Below the pieces are notes generated by a model. That model made no database searches, had not been told where the DNA came from, and was given only the letters and a program-made list of their open reading frames with translations. Below are positions 45,591-54,833 of a stretch of 64,000 nt of DNA, piece after piece. Positions within the stretch are counted from its first letter, which is position 1. Every line of letters starts with the position of its first letter. A program made the translations under genes and the position numbers. Source of the DNA: an uncultured virus (IMG/VR IMGVR_UViG_3300045926_000127). Lineage: Duplodnaviria; Heunggongvirae; Uroviricota; Caudoviricetes. The stretch lies in the IMG/VR virus record IMGVR_UViG_3300045926_000127. One strand, given 5' to 3'.

Positions 45591-47044
45591 TGCATGATGC
45601 CCGGTTGAAAGAGCCGCAAGCGTAGCTCCGCCGCCGCGATAGCAACGAGATCGGCGAGCACGCTTTTCTCGTCCTCACCCTCCTCCTTGTCCTTCTCCTC
45701 GTCCTCGTCGGGCTCCTCTTCTTCGTCGGGCTCCGGCTCCGGCTCGCTCTCCGGCTCGGGCGCCGCCGTGCCGAAAGGATCGTCGCGCGCGTCGCGCTTC
45801 GCCAGCGCTTCGAGCGAATAGTTCTGTTGCTGCGCGAGCGGCGTCTCGCCGCCAGCGACCGGCGCAAGGTTAAAAGCGAACCGCGCCTCGTTCGGCGAAG
45901 CGATGGCGCCTTTGACGAGATCGCTCCACGACTTCACTTTGGTCGCGGTATCCATGCGCAACAGGTCTTCGAGATCGAACTCTGTGCCGTAGGTCTTGCC
46001 TTGCACGGCGGTGAGCCCGAGCCCTTCGTCGAGCGAGAGCTCGATGCTCTCGATGAAGGTCTGCAAGCATTGCGAATAGTATTGTTGGTTGAGCGCTTCC
46101 ACATTGTTGTAGCTCGGCATTGGCCCGACGCCGACCATGAAGGGCGGCACATGAAAGACCGAACACACGCTCTCGCTCGTCCACTTCAATTGCTCGATCA
46201 GTTGCGCCTCTTCGGCCTTGATCGCAATTTGTGAATAGGTCAAGCCGTCGCCGAGCACCGCGACCTTGCCGACATTCTCGCCGGTGTAGTTGCGTTCCCA
46301 ATAGTCTTTGATCCGTTGCGCTTGGTCGTCCTTGATCGGGCCGGGCGCCGAGATAATGCCGCCGGGCACCGCGCCATTGCGAAACAGCTTGGCGGAGGAG
46401 CGCTGGATCGCCAGCCCTTGCGTCGCCGCGATAGCGCACGCCGTCATGGGCGATACGCCGACCAGCGGGTGATAGAGACAGATCATGGTGTCGTGAATGA
46501 TCTCGCTCGCCGGAACCGCGACCTTGTCAACCTCAATGCCCGCGAGGTTGTCGGTATAGAGGTCGTAATAGACCGCGCCGTCCGGAGCGACCAGCACCTT
46601 CACCCGCGTCGGGTCGAGCACATAGAGCGCGACCACGACGCCGCGATCATCGCGCTCCTTGAGCACATAGGTATTGCCATGGATCAGCTTCGAGCTAACC
46701 CAGCTTTCGATGAACTTGATTCGCGTCTGATAACGATTCGGCTTGCGAAGGACCGGCGAGAAGGCGGGCACATTCTTCGGCACCCATATCCCATTGCTGT
46801 CCTCCTCGACCAGCCGCAAGCCGATCTTGCCGACATCGCTCGCAATGAGCGTCACGCAAGCGAACACCGTGCTGTAGACGAGAATTGTCTCAAGCCGCAA
46901 TTCGTCGTTGCGTTGCCATGCGCCGGTATAGGGCTCGCGCACTATCGGCCACCACCATGAGCCACGGTCGCCGGGAATTGTTACCGGAACGCTTGAGGCG
47001 TCTGTGGGGACCGCCTTGGTGATCTCGAAGCCGAAGAGTCGCAC
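45587..47044 (-). CDS. Portal protein (HK97 family)
   Basis: VFACVTLIASD...HGNTYV...G.SP...F.VPP..VG motifs. Confidence 0.95.
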   Translation of the reverse strand: MRLFGFEITKAVPTDASSVPVTIPGDRGSWWWPIVREPYTGAWQRNDELRLETILVYSTVFACVTLIASDVGKIGLRLVEEDSNGIWVPKNVPAFSPVLRKPNRYQTRIKFIESWVSSKLIHGNTYVLKERDDRGVVVALYVLDPTRVKVLVAPDGAVYYDLYTDNLAGIEVDKVAVPASEIIHDTMICLYHPLVGVSPMTACAIAATQGLAIQRSSAKLFRNGAVPGGIISAPGPIKDDQAQRIKDYWERNYTGENVGKVAVLGDGLTYSQIAIKAEEAQLIEQLKWTSESVCSVFHVPPFMVGVGPMPSYNNVEALNQQYYSQCLQTFIESIELSLDEGLGLTAVQGKTYGTEFDLEDLLRMDTATKVKSWSDLVKGAIASPNEARFAFNLAPVAGGETPLAQQQNYSLEALAKRDARDDPFGTAAPEPESEPEPEPDEEEEPDEDEEKDKEEGEDEKSVLADLVAIAAAELRLRLFQPGIMQ

Positions 47045-47054
47045 CTTACCAGCC

Positions 47055-47375
47055 TCATTTGCGCGGCAGATCGCGGCGAGGGTATCGCTTCTTCTCCTCG
47101 GGAGCGTCGCGGCCCAGCAACGGCGCCGCTGACTCGGTGGTCAGGATAGGGATCGGCGGCTCGGCCGGAGGAGCGGCGGGCTCCGACGCTGGCGCCAGCA
47201 CAGCGGCGGCCAGCTTCGCTTGCGCGGGCGGCGCTTGCTCCTCGGCGAATTTCGCGACGCCGAGCGCCTCAAGCACAATGCCATGGTCGTCGCGCTCAAG
47301 TTCGAATTCGTCGCCCTCATACAGCGTCTTGAGGTAGTGGAATTCCTTCGCTGTAAGCTTCATGCGACGCGCCAT
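47055..47375 (-). CDS. Hypothetical head-associated protein
   Basis: AGGAGG RBS; between capsid and portal. Confidence 0.65.
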   Translation of the reverse strand: MARRMKLTAKEFHYLKTLYEGDEFELERDDHGIVLEALGVAKFAEEQAPPAQAKLAAAVLAPASEPAAPPAEPPIPILTTESAAPLLGRDAPEEKKRYPRRDLPRK

Positions 47376-47447
47376 GCCCAACCTCCTTGAAGAGTCGCGA
47401 TGCGAGGATCGGGCACCGCTGACCGATCCTCGCGCGCTCTACTTCGC

Positions 47448-49400
47448 TTATGGTGAATACTTCGCGAAGGAGATGTAGGCGACGGCTCCCGCGCGCCGCT
47501 TTTGCCAGTTGATATAACGCTCGGCTTTGACGGCGATGAGGTTATGCTGCCAGAGCGAGACGAGCACCGTCCCCGCAACCGGCGGCGAGTCGGGAGTCGA
47601 CTCCATTTGCAGCGAAGCCTCGCGGCTGACGTCGATATTGATGCCGCCCTCGTCGGCCAACATGATCTCGCTCGGGATGAGGAAAATGATGTTGTCGCCG
47701 TTCGCGGGCGAGCCGCCAGTCGCTTGCACCGCTTCCGAGGTCACCACTGGGAAGCCGAGGAGCGTGCCGCCCGTCATGGTGATATTGCCGAACTCGCTTT
47801 GACCCAGCGCATTGTTCATGAGCGAAAGCGCCATTGCGCGCGACTGCTTCATGATCCAAACGCCGCTGGACACCGGCAAGCCCGCCGTGATGAACGACGC
47901 CATCATATTCTTGACGTCAGTCCGGAACGCCGCCGCCGTGGTGCCCGAGGCTGGCGTTGGCGTCACGCCATTGGTCACGGAAGCCGGAGAGACGCCCGCC
48001 GCGACCGCCTTGGTCGGGTCGAGGAATTCCGAATCCATGAACTGAACAATGGCGGCGGCAAGGTCGTCGCGCACCAGCAGCTCGGCGGACGGCGAGGAGA
48101 ACCTCACCAATTCCTCCGAGAGCGGAACGATGCCCGCGATCTTGTACCAGTCGAGAGTGAGCGTATCGAACGCCAAGCTGGACAGCGGCTTGACCTTCGT
48201 CTCGCCGACCCAGTTGACCGCGGCGCCCGCCGTCTGGCGCGGCACCTTGATATTGAAGGGCACGCGGCGGAAGCCTTGGATGCGCCCGATCACGGTCAGC
48301 GGCCGGAGATACTCGATGAACTCCGAGGCCATGATCTGATAGTTGACGAGCGGCTGCGCCCACGTCGGGTTGGTGGTCGTGCCCGGCGAGACCGCCACGC
48401 GCTCGATAACGTCCATCGGCGTGCGGAGGATCGCCTCGACTTCCGGCGAGGAGTCGGACCATCGCTTCGCGATCTCCGCCGCCTCGTGCCGGTTGCCGCG
48501 CGTCATTGCCAGCGCGCCGACCATGCGCACGAAGGGAATGCCGGGCGGCAGCTTCTTCGGGAGCACTTGCACAATGGTGCCAGCGCGCGCGGCGCTCGCC
48601 GCCTCGATAGCCGGAACGGCCGGAGGAGCGACGACCGGAGCGGCCTTGGTCTTGTTCAACTCTTCTTGCTTGCGCAAGCGAACAAGATGCGCGTCGATAG
48701 CGCCGACCTCCCGCTCGATATCGTCATACTCGGTGGCTTGCTCCGCATTGAGCGTCGCGCCCTCCTCCGATGACATGATCGAAGCCATGCGAGCCACCTT
48801 GGCGGCGCGCGAAGCCTCGAAGCCTTGGATCTGCTCTTGAATCGTCTTCATGGGTTGTGCTTTCGATTTTCCCGCGACGCCGGGTGGTTGGGGACGAGCG
48901 CCCGCCGACATGCCAGACGCGGCCAGCAGCGGGGCGTCGATTGCTTTGATCGTTTCGATCCGCGCGTCAGCATTCATCGGGATCGTAACGAGCGACAATT
49001 CCAGCACTTCACTTTCGATGAAGTGGATACCGCCGTCCTCCATGAACGACAATTCTTTCGGCAGAAAGCCGATTGAGACCGCGCGCACAAGGCCATGCTT
49101 GAGCGACTGCCAAGCTTCGTCCACGCGATCCTTTAGCTTGCCCGGCTCCGTGACTTTCGGAATCCGCGCCTCGAATTCGATGCCCTGCTTCGTCGGCTTC
49201 TTGAAGCGCGTCTGCCCTATCGGCTCCGCGTGCCGGTGCTGCCAAAGAAGCGGCAAAGGATTTTTGAAGGTGACGCCGAGCGGCTCGATGATGTCGCCCG
49301 CTCGATCAGGCGTCGGCGTCGTGGCAATGCCGGTGATGATTCGCTGGTCCTCATCGACCGCCTTGCATTCGAGGAACGCATAGGCCCGCTGCATGTCCAT
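47448..49400 (-). CDS. Prohead protease - major capsid protein fusion (HK97 fold)
   Basis: LLWQH...SIGF...ELSLVTIPMN protease domain then capsid (WVGE...K.AGIV..SEEL...SLWQ.N..A..AER.INW). Confidence 0.95.
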   Translation of the reverse strand: MDMQRAYAFLECKAVDEDQRIITGIATTPTPDRAGDIIEPLGVTFKNPLPLLWQHRHAEPIGQTRFKKPTKQGIEFEARIPKVTEPGKLKDRVDEAWQSLKHGLVRAVSIGFLPKELSFMEDGGIHFIESEVLELSLVTIPMNADARIETIKAIDAPLLAASGMSAGARPQPPGVAGKSKAQPMKTIQEQIQGFEASRAAKVARMASIMSSEEGATLNAEQATEYDDIEREVGAIDAHLVRLRKQEELNKTKAAPVVAPPAVPAIEAASAARAGTIVQVLPKKLPPGIPFVRMVGALAMTRGNRHEAAEIAKRWSDSSPEVEAILRTPMDVIERVAVSPGTTTNPTWAQPLVNYQIMASEFIEYLRPLTVIGRIQGFRRVPFNIKVPRQTAGAAVNWVGETKVKPLSSLAFDTLTLDWYKIAGIVPLSEELVRFSSPSAELLVRDDLAAAIVQFMDSEFLDPTKAVAAGVSPASVTNGVTPTPASGTTAAAFRTDVKNMMASFITAGLPVSSGVWIMKQSRAMALSLMNNALGQSEFGNITMTGGTLLGFPVVTSEAVQATGGSPANGDNIIFLIPSEIMLADEGGINIDVSREASLQMESTPDSPPVAGTVLVSLWQHNLIAVKAERYINWQKRRAGAVAYISFAKYSP

Positions 49401-49414
49401 GGACGACCCCTCTG

Positions 49415-51073
49415 TCAGACAACGATCACTTGGTACAGTTTTTCTTGTTGCTGTCCGTCCGCTAGCGCGAGCGCCATGACGAGGCAAGATATGCCGTCGA
49501 TCTTCTCCGACGACCTAGCCTTATCAGGTTTTATATTTCCGTTCGAGTCCTCAAGCTTGGCGACGTTCGACACCATCCAGTCCATGACCGGGTGCCCGCC
49601 CGCGTCAATGCGGGCCGAGGCGCAGAGCCGCTCCAATTGCTTCGACGCCCCGCTCAAGGTTTGCACCCCCTGCCGCATCAGCATCAAGGGCACGCCGTCC
49701 TTCATGAGCGTGTTCACGGTCGCGGTTGCATTGTAGGGGTCGTAACCGATTTGCTTGACCGAGAATGCCTCGACGCCCTGATGGACCGCCTCGATCACAG
49801 CGTCATAGTCCACAACATTTCCGTGCGTCGGCTCGACCGCCTTGCGCTCCCGCCAAATATCGTAGGGCACGCGGTCGCGCCGCGAGCGCGTCTCGATATT
49901 CTCGGCGGGCACCCAAAAGCGCGGGAGCACGAGCCACTTCTCCTCCTCCGAGCGCGGCGGAAAGAGCCAGAGCACGCACGTCAAATCCGAGACGCTCGAC
50001 AAGTCAATTGCGCCATAGCATTCGCGCCCGCGAAGCGCCTCGGCGAAGGAGCGCCAGCGCGCGTCCGCCCCGAGCGAAGGGCGGCCGGAGCCGACGCGCC
50101 ATTGCTCGACCGATAGCCAGCGCTGGTCTTGCCCGACCCATAGGTTCAAATGATAGCGCTTGAAATTGTTCTCCACGCGCGGGCTGTTGATCGCCTTCGC
50201 ATACTCCTCGCGCAAATCCGCAAGCTTGATCGAATGCCCGAGGTTCGGATTTGCCTTCGCCCATGTCGTCGGCTCGCGCCAGTCGTCCTCGGCGTCGGGC
50301 GCATAGATCACCACCAGCGTATTCGGAATATCGAAAGTGCCGTCCGCGATCTTAAGCGATTCCTCCCACAGCACCCACCCATGGCTCTTACGCGCTTGCC
50401 CGGCCGTGCTGATGAGAATGTCGAGCGGCTCCTCCCGCGATAGCTCGGACTGGTGCACGAACTCATAGAGATCGCCGTTCCGCCACTCGTGCATTTCGTC
50501 GCCGACGAGAATGGAGCACGAGAGCCCGTGCTTGCCCTCGCTCGCGCCAGTGAGCGGGCGGATCACCGCGCCGAGCGCCGTGCAATAAAGCGAGGTCTTG
50601 AGCGCGTCGACATATTTCGGGAGCGACGGCGAGAATTGCACCATACGCACGGCGCGCTGAAAGACGATCTGCGCTTGCTTCTCGGTCGAGGCAATGATGT
50701 AAGCCTCGCCGCCGAGCTCGCCGTCGAATAGCCAAGCGAGGAGCATCAGCCCGGCGGCAAACTCGCTCTTGCCATTCTTGCGGCCCATCCAGATCAGCAC
50801 GCGCCGATAAAGCCGCGTGCCGTCCTTGCGCTTGAGGCCGAAGAGCATCGAGACAATGGCCGCCTGCCAGTCGCGAAGCACAAACTTTTTCTTCGTCCAG
50901 CGCCCGGTCGTCATGCGCAAATAATTCGGAAAGAATTGCACGGCGATCTTGGCGGCGCGCTCGTCATACCAAACGCCGGGCTGGCTCACGGCGCGGAGCC
51001 ATTCGCCTTCGACCCATTTGTGCACGGGGTTGCGCGAGAGCGCATCGAGCCATTTCGGACGCGCGGGCGACAT
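49415..51073 (-). CDS. terL: Terminase large subunit
   Basis: GRKNGKS Walker A, DEMH, ISTAG, DLSSVSDL, KIDG. Confidence 0.95.
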   Translation of the reverse strand: MSPARPKWLDALSRNPVHKWVEGEWLRAVSQPGVWYDERAAKIAVQFFPNYLRMTTGRWTKKKFVLRDWQAAIVSMLFGLKRKDGTRLYRRVLIWMGRKNGKSEFAAGLMLLAWLFDGELGGEAYIIASTEKQAQIVFQRAVRMVQFSPSLPKYVDALKTSLYCTALGAVIRPLTGASEGKHGLSCSILVGDEMHEWRNGDLYEFVHQSELSREEPLDILISTAGQARKSHGWVLWEESLKIADGTFDIPNTLVVIYAPDAEDDWREPTTWAKANPNLGHSIKLADLREEYAKAINSPRVENNFKRYHLNLWVGQDQRWLSVEQWRVGSGRPSLGADARWRSFAEALRGRECYGAIDLSSVSDLTCVLWLFPPRSEEEKWLVLPRFWVPAENIETRSRRDRVPYDIWRERKAVEPTHGNVVDYDAVIEAVHQGVEAFSVKQIGYDPYNATATVNTLMKDGVPLMLMRQGVQTLSGASKQLERLCASARIDAGGHPVMDWMVSNVAKLEDSNGNIKPDKARSSEKIDGISCLVMALALADGQQQEKLYQVIVV

Positions 51074-51074
51074 A

Positions 51075-51662
51075 TCAATGATACTTGCCTATCCCGATGG
51101 GTGAGGGCAACTCTCCCGGCGCGCTCTTGCCCTCCTCCTCGATCTCTCCCGCTACGTTCTCGCCGAAGAAGCCGCCGAGAGCCGCTGGCGTTTGCGCCAA
51201 GCCGCGCACAATGGCATGGCGAGCAACGGGGTTCAGCCCGAGCCGATCCTCCGAAGCGAGGAGCACGCGCTCGATATCGAGCATGTCCTTGAACACCGGG
51301 TTGCGGATATAGCGCTCGCCATGGTTCGTGACGATCTTGAGGAATGTCAGCTTGCCCGAGAGCAACTCCTTGCACTCTAGCCAGCGGTGCACGTAATGCG
51401 CCCAGCGGCCATAAGCCGTGACATCGACCTCGTGCGCAATGCGCCGCTGTAGATAGCCGTCAATGACGCGGTGAAAAATTTCGCGCTCGCGCGGCTCCTT
51501 CAAGAAGTCCGGAGCAATGAGCGGCGTCGGCGACGGCGCCAACGCCTGTTGGAGCACCTTGTTCTCGCGCTCGTCGCCGCGTGATAGTATCGGCCGCCGT
51601 CCCGGATTCCCTTGCAAGCGCTCAAGCGTTGCGGACTTCGGTTTCGGTCCTCGCCTTCCCAT
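51075..51662 (-). CDS. terS: Terminase small subunit (P27 family)
   Basis: MGRRGPKPK...GNPGRR...NP...LGLNP.AR. Confidence 0.9.
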   Translation of the reverse strand: MGRRGPKPKSATLERLQGNPGRRPILSRGDERENKVLQQALAPSPTPLIAPDFLKEPREREIFHRVIDGYLQRRIAHEVDVTAYGRWAHYVHRWLECKELLSGKLTFLKIVTNHGERYIRNPVFKDMLDIERVLLASEDRLGLNPVARHAIVRGLAQTPAALGGFFGENVAGEIEEEGKSAPGELPSPIGIGKYH

Positions 51663-51679
51663 GTCAGTCCTCACTCATT

Positions 51680-51830
51680 TGTAGGAGAAACTTCGCGGCG
51701 AAAAAAAAGCGCGGCCCAAAACCTGCGCCTTTTGTTTTGCGAGCGGCCACCGCTCTCCGCCGTGGCGGCTACGAGGCTTCGCATGCCCCCCCCCTGCGAA
51801 TTTTTGTGGACAATTTTCTCATTTTTCGTT
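51680..51830. other. Probable cos/packaging region
   Basis: Between HNH and terS as in HK97-like cos phages; C-tract at ~51786-51794 and A/T tracts; exact site not determined. Confidence 0.35.
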
Positions 51831-52154
51831 TTAGCCTTCACTTCGCGCGCCCCGCTCTCGGGCTTGCATGATCGAGTTATGACAATGAGCGCATAGACTC
51901 TCAAGCTGGTCGGCATCGAAGAAGATGTCGCGGCTGCCCTTATGCGGGGTCTTATGATGGACCGTATTGGCGGCTGTGATGATCGGCGGCGAGGAGCGCT
52001 GGCACTCGGCGCATAGCGGCTCCTTCATGAGTTGGATATGTCGCGCGGCCTTCCACCATGCGGACGAATACCAGCTTTGCCATGGAGCGGGCGCCAGCCG
52101 AGAACCGGGTTCCGGCATTCCGCGCGGGCGGAAGGAGGGCGGGCGCATGGGCAT
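51831..52154 (-). CDS. HNH endonuclease (HK97 gp74-like packaging cofactor)
   Basis: PLCAEC...VHH..PH.G....F....L.SLCAHCHN. Confidence 0.9.
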   Translation of the reverse strand: MPMRPPSFRPRGMPEPGSRLAPAPWQSWYSSAWWKAARHIQLMKEPLCAECQRSSPPIITAANTVHHKTPHKGSRDIFFDADQLESLCAHCHNSIMQARERGARSEG

Positions 52155-52180
52155 CGCGCAAGGGCTAATAGCACGCTTGC

Positions 52181-52316
52181 GCAGCGCTATAAATGCCGCT
52201 GCTAGACTTCAAGTCTTATATCGCCCTTCGCTTTGCGCTTGCGACCCAGCGCGTGCCATGGCTACCTGCCTCCATGCCGGGAGGGGTTCCGGCAAGAGCC
52301 AGAAGGAGCCAAGGCC
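52181..52316 (+). promoter_or_regulatory. Repeated control unit 1: degenerate palindrome, CTTGCG-N18-CTACCT promoter-like element, AGGGGT-loop hairpin, RBS
   Basis: Aligns with 52564-52693 and 53475-53618. Confidence 0.65.
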
Positions 52317-52535
52317 ATGAGGAAAGCCAAGCAAGCCAAGCCCGCCTTTGAGAGCGCCGAGGCCGCGCTCCGCCACGCCGAGTTTTGCGAGCGCCTCGCG
52401 ACCGAGCAAGCCCGGCGCAACTATCATACGGTGGCCGCTCAATACGCATGGGCCGCTCGCCGGGCTCGGGCCTTCGCGGCGAACGAGCGCTTCTCCGAGC
52501 CTCGCCCGCTCGCCCGGCACGAGACTTGCCGTTAA
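52317..52535 (+). CDS. Small hypothetical protein
   Basis: AGAAGGAG RBS after leader hairpin. Confidence 0.6.
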   Translation: MRKAKQAKPAFESAEAALRHAEFCERLATEQARRNYHTVAAQYAWAARRARAFAANERFSEPRPLARHETCR

Positions 52536-52563
52536 GGCGCGGCCAAAGCGGAGCAAGGAGGCG

Positions 52564-52693
52564 GCAGCGGCATTTATGCCGCTGCTTGCCGTTTCAGGAC
52601 TTGGGAAAAGTCTTACCGCTTGCTCGCTCGGCCAGTCCATGCAGACCTGCATGCACCGGGGAGGGGTTCCTCGGGCCAGAAGGAGCCAAGACC
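52564..52693 (+). promoter_or_regulatory. Repeated control unit 2: GCAGCGGCAT-TT-ATGCCGCTGC palindrome, CTTGCT-N18-AGACCT, hairpin, RBS
   Basis: Perfect 10-bp inverted repeat, identical at 53475-53496. Confidence 0.7.
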
Positions 52694-52876
52694 ATGAACT
52701 TCAAAATCGGCCAGACGGTTCGCTTCAAGAGCGACATCGAACAGCGGGGCACGATCGTTGAGATCGAGAACCGCGACGGCAACCTCCTCCTCACGCTTGA
52801 GGCGAAGGACCGCTTCGCTGGCGACTATATCGGCGGCATGAAGCGCACGCAGATTTTCGCCGACGAGGCTTTCTAA
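52694..52876 (+). CDS. Small SH3/KOW-like hypothetical protein
   Basis: FKIGQTVRFKSDIEQRGTIVEI; RBS. Confidence 0.7.
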   Translation: MNFKIGQTVRFKSDIEQRGTIVEIENRDGNLLLTLEAKDRFAGDYIGGMKRTQIFADEAF

Positions 52877-52926
52877 GCTTGCAACCCGCCGGGAGGGGTC
52901 CCGGCTTTCCAGAAAGGAGCCTTACG

Positions 52927-53208
52927 ATGAAGAAGCACATTCAACCGGAGCCCTATAACGCCGCGCTCCATGAGCAATTGCTCGCGCTCGGCTTCGAGCG
53001 CGTCTGGCATGACGCCGAGTGGGAGGATACCGGCGACGCCGAGAGTGGGCCAGCGCTCGATGGGCATCCGGCATGGGACGAATACACCAGCGCCTCCGAG
53101 ATCATTTGCATCGATGAGGCCGGGCGCGTGGTGCACCGCGAGGAGCGCGACCTCGAATTGGAGCGCTGGTGCGAGGAGCAAGCGCGGGCAAGCGGAGGGT
53201 CGCTCTAA
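52927..53208 (+). CDS. Acidic hypothetical protein
   Basis: Leader hairpin 52888-52905 plus AAAGGAG RBS. Confidence 0.65.
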   Translation: MKKHIQPEPYNAALHEQLLALGFERVWHDAEWEDTGDAESGPALDGHPAWDEYTSASEIICIDEAGRVVHREERDLELERWCEEQARASGGSL

Positions 53209-53450
53209 TGGCGCGCAATATTCACCCAGCCGACGCGGCGGTCGCTCTCGCGATTCGGAGCGCGGCCGAGTTCACTTGCTCCATCCATATCGCGCGGAGC
53301 TATTCGACCGAGCGCTTCGCCTCGCTTGAGGAGGCGCGAGCCTACAAGGAAAAGCTTGAGCGCCGGGCGGGCAATGGCAAGCGCGCCATGGTCTACGCGG
53401 TGCAAGCGAACGGCTCGGCGGTTTTTGTGCCCGATAGCTTCAAGGCTTGA
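53208..53450 (+). CDS. Hypothetical protein
   Basis: TAATG coupling, GGAGGG RBS. Confidence 0.6.
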   Translation: MARNIHPADAAVALAIRSAAEFTCSIHIARSYSTERFASLEEARAYKEKLERRAGNGKRAMVYAVQANGSAVFVPDSFKA

Positions 53451-53474
53451 GGGCTCCTCGGAGGCGAGGGCTTG

Positions 53475-53618
53475 GCAGCGGCATTTATGCCGCTGCTTTG
53501 CGTTTAAGACCTCGCTCGCTCGGGCGCGGCGCTTTGCGCTTGCTACCGGCTGTGTCGCATGCAGACCTGCGCGCATGCCGGAGGGGTTCCGGCAATTCAA
53601 ACCAGAAGGATCAAAGCT
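53475..53618 (+). promoter_or_regulatory. Repeated control unit 3 (palindrome, promoter-like element, hairpin, RBS)
   Basis: Same elements and same -35/-10 spacing as unit 2. Confidence 0.7.
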
Positions 53619-54785
53619 ATGACCAAGACCATCACGAAGACCGCGCCGAAGGCCAAGGGCAAGGGCACACCCGCCGACCAAGGCATTGCGGCGGCCAAGG
53701 CCGACGACGCCGCCCGCGACGCCGCCAAGGCGAAGAAGGCCGAGAAGAACGGCCACCTCATGGCCGCCAAGGCGGCGGCGGCCAAGGCGAAGGGGAGCGC
53801 GGTGCCTATGCTCTCGGCGCTCTTTCCCTTCGCGGGCGGTTGCCCGGCCCTGACCTCCGACCCGAAAAAGGAGGGCATCCCGGAATTCCTCCAAACGCAA
53901 AACCGCCCGGCGGTCGACGCCGCCTCGGCGAAGGTCAAGGCGGCCATGCCGCCGAAGCCGGAGGCGAAGCCGGAGCCGAGCGCCGACGACAAGGCGCGCG
54001 AGGAGATCAGGGCGGAGCGCTCGGCCTTGGCGAAGGCGAAGAAGGCCGGAGCCAAGGAGCGCAAGGCGGCGGAGGCGAGCGGCGCCACCAAGGCCATGCC
54101 GCTCACCGGCAAGGCCGCGCTGGCGGCGATCAAGCGGGCCGACCGCAAGCTCCGCAAGGAGGAGGCCGAGGCGGCGGCCGAGGTTGCCGAGATCGAGTAT
54201 AGGGACGCGCGGCGGGCGGCGGCGATCAAGCGGGCCGACAAGGCCATCGCCAAGGCGGAGAAGGCGGAGAAGGCGGAGAAGGCGGCGAAGGCGGGGCCGA
54301 AGCTCCTCACGGACGCTCTGAATGGCCGCCGGAGCATTGGCGAGCCGGCCAAGCGGGAGGGCACCGCGCCGCTCCCCAAGCAAACCGACAAGGAGACTGT
54401 TGCTATGGTTGCGAAGGCATTGAAGGCGAAGAAGGCGGCCGAGGCCAAGGCGGAGAAGGCCAAGGGCAAGGCGGCTAAGGCGGCCAAGGCGGAGAAGCCC
54501 GCCAAGGCCAAAAAGCCCACCAGCGCCCACGCTGGCGAGCGGGCGCGCTATCCTTGGCGCGAGGCGGAGGAGGCGGCGGCAAAGGGCAAGATCATGGCCG
54601 CCCCGGACTTCTCGGCCGAGACCCACACGCGCTTCCGGCCGCACATGGCGCTCATTGTGGAGGCGGCCAAGGCGAAGGACTTGAAGGCCCTTCGCGGGCT
54701 CAAGTGGGACGGCTTCCTCTCCTCGACGCCAAAGGCCATGGAGCGCTACCGGGCCATTTGCATCGCGGCGCTCTCGGCGAAATAA
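53619..54785 (+). CDS. Lys/Ala-rich histone-H1-like protein
   Basis: KAEKAEKA/KAAK repeats with globular C-terminal tail. Confidence 0.75.
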   Translation: MTKTITKTAPKAKGKGTPADQGIAAAKADDAARDAAKAKKAEKNGHLMAAKAAAAKAKGSAVPMLSALFPFAGGCPALTSDPKKEGIPEFLQTQNRPAVDAASAKVKAAMPPKPEAKPEPSADDKAREEIRAERSALAKAKKAGAKERKAAEASGATKAMPLTGKAALAAIKRADRKLRKEEAEAAAEVAEIEYRDARRAAAIKRADKAIAKAEKAEKAEKAAKAGPKLLTDALNGRRSIGEPAKREGTAPLPKQTDKETVAMVAKALKAKKAAEAKAEKAKGKAAKAAKAEKPAKAKKPTSAHAGERARYPWREAEEAAAKGKIMAAPDFSAETHTRFRPHMALIVEAAKAKDLKALRGLKWDGFLSSTPKAMERYRAICIAALSAK

Positions 54786-54806
54786 GCCCGAGCGCGAATC
54801 AGCAAG

Positions 54807-54833
54807 AAGGGCGCCCGCTCGGCGCCCTTTTTT
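54807..54833 (+). terminator. Intrinsic terminator
   Basis: AAGGGCGCC-CGCTC-GGCGCCCTT followed by T-tract. Confidence 0.85.

Noticed and set aside
51680..51710. Possible self-target of the first array unit (…gc-aa-aa-aa) near the cos region
   Set aside because: Only the last four dinucleotides match under an NNx reading; upstream positions fail. A full self-target search was not feasible by hand
53205..54644. Long antisense ORFs opposite the Lys/Ala-rich gene
   Set aside because: Codon-bias shadows without RBS or recognisable motifs
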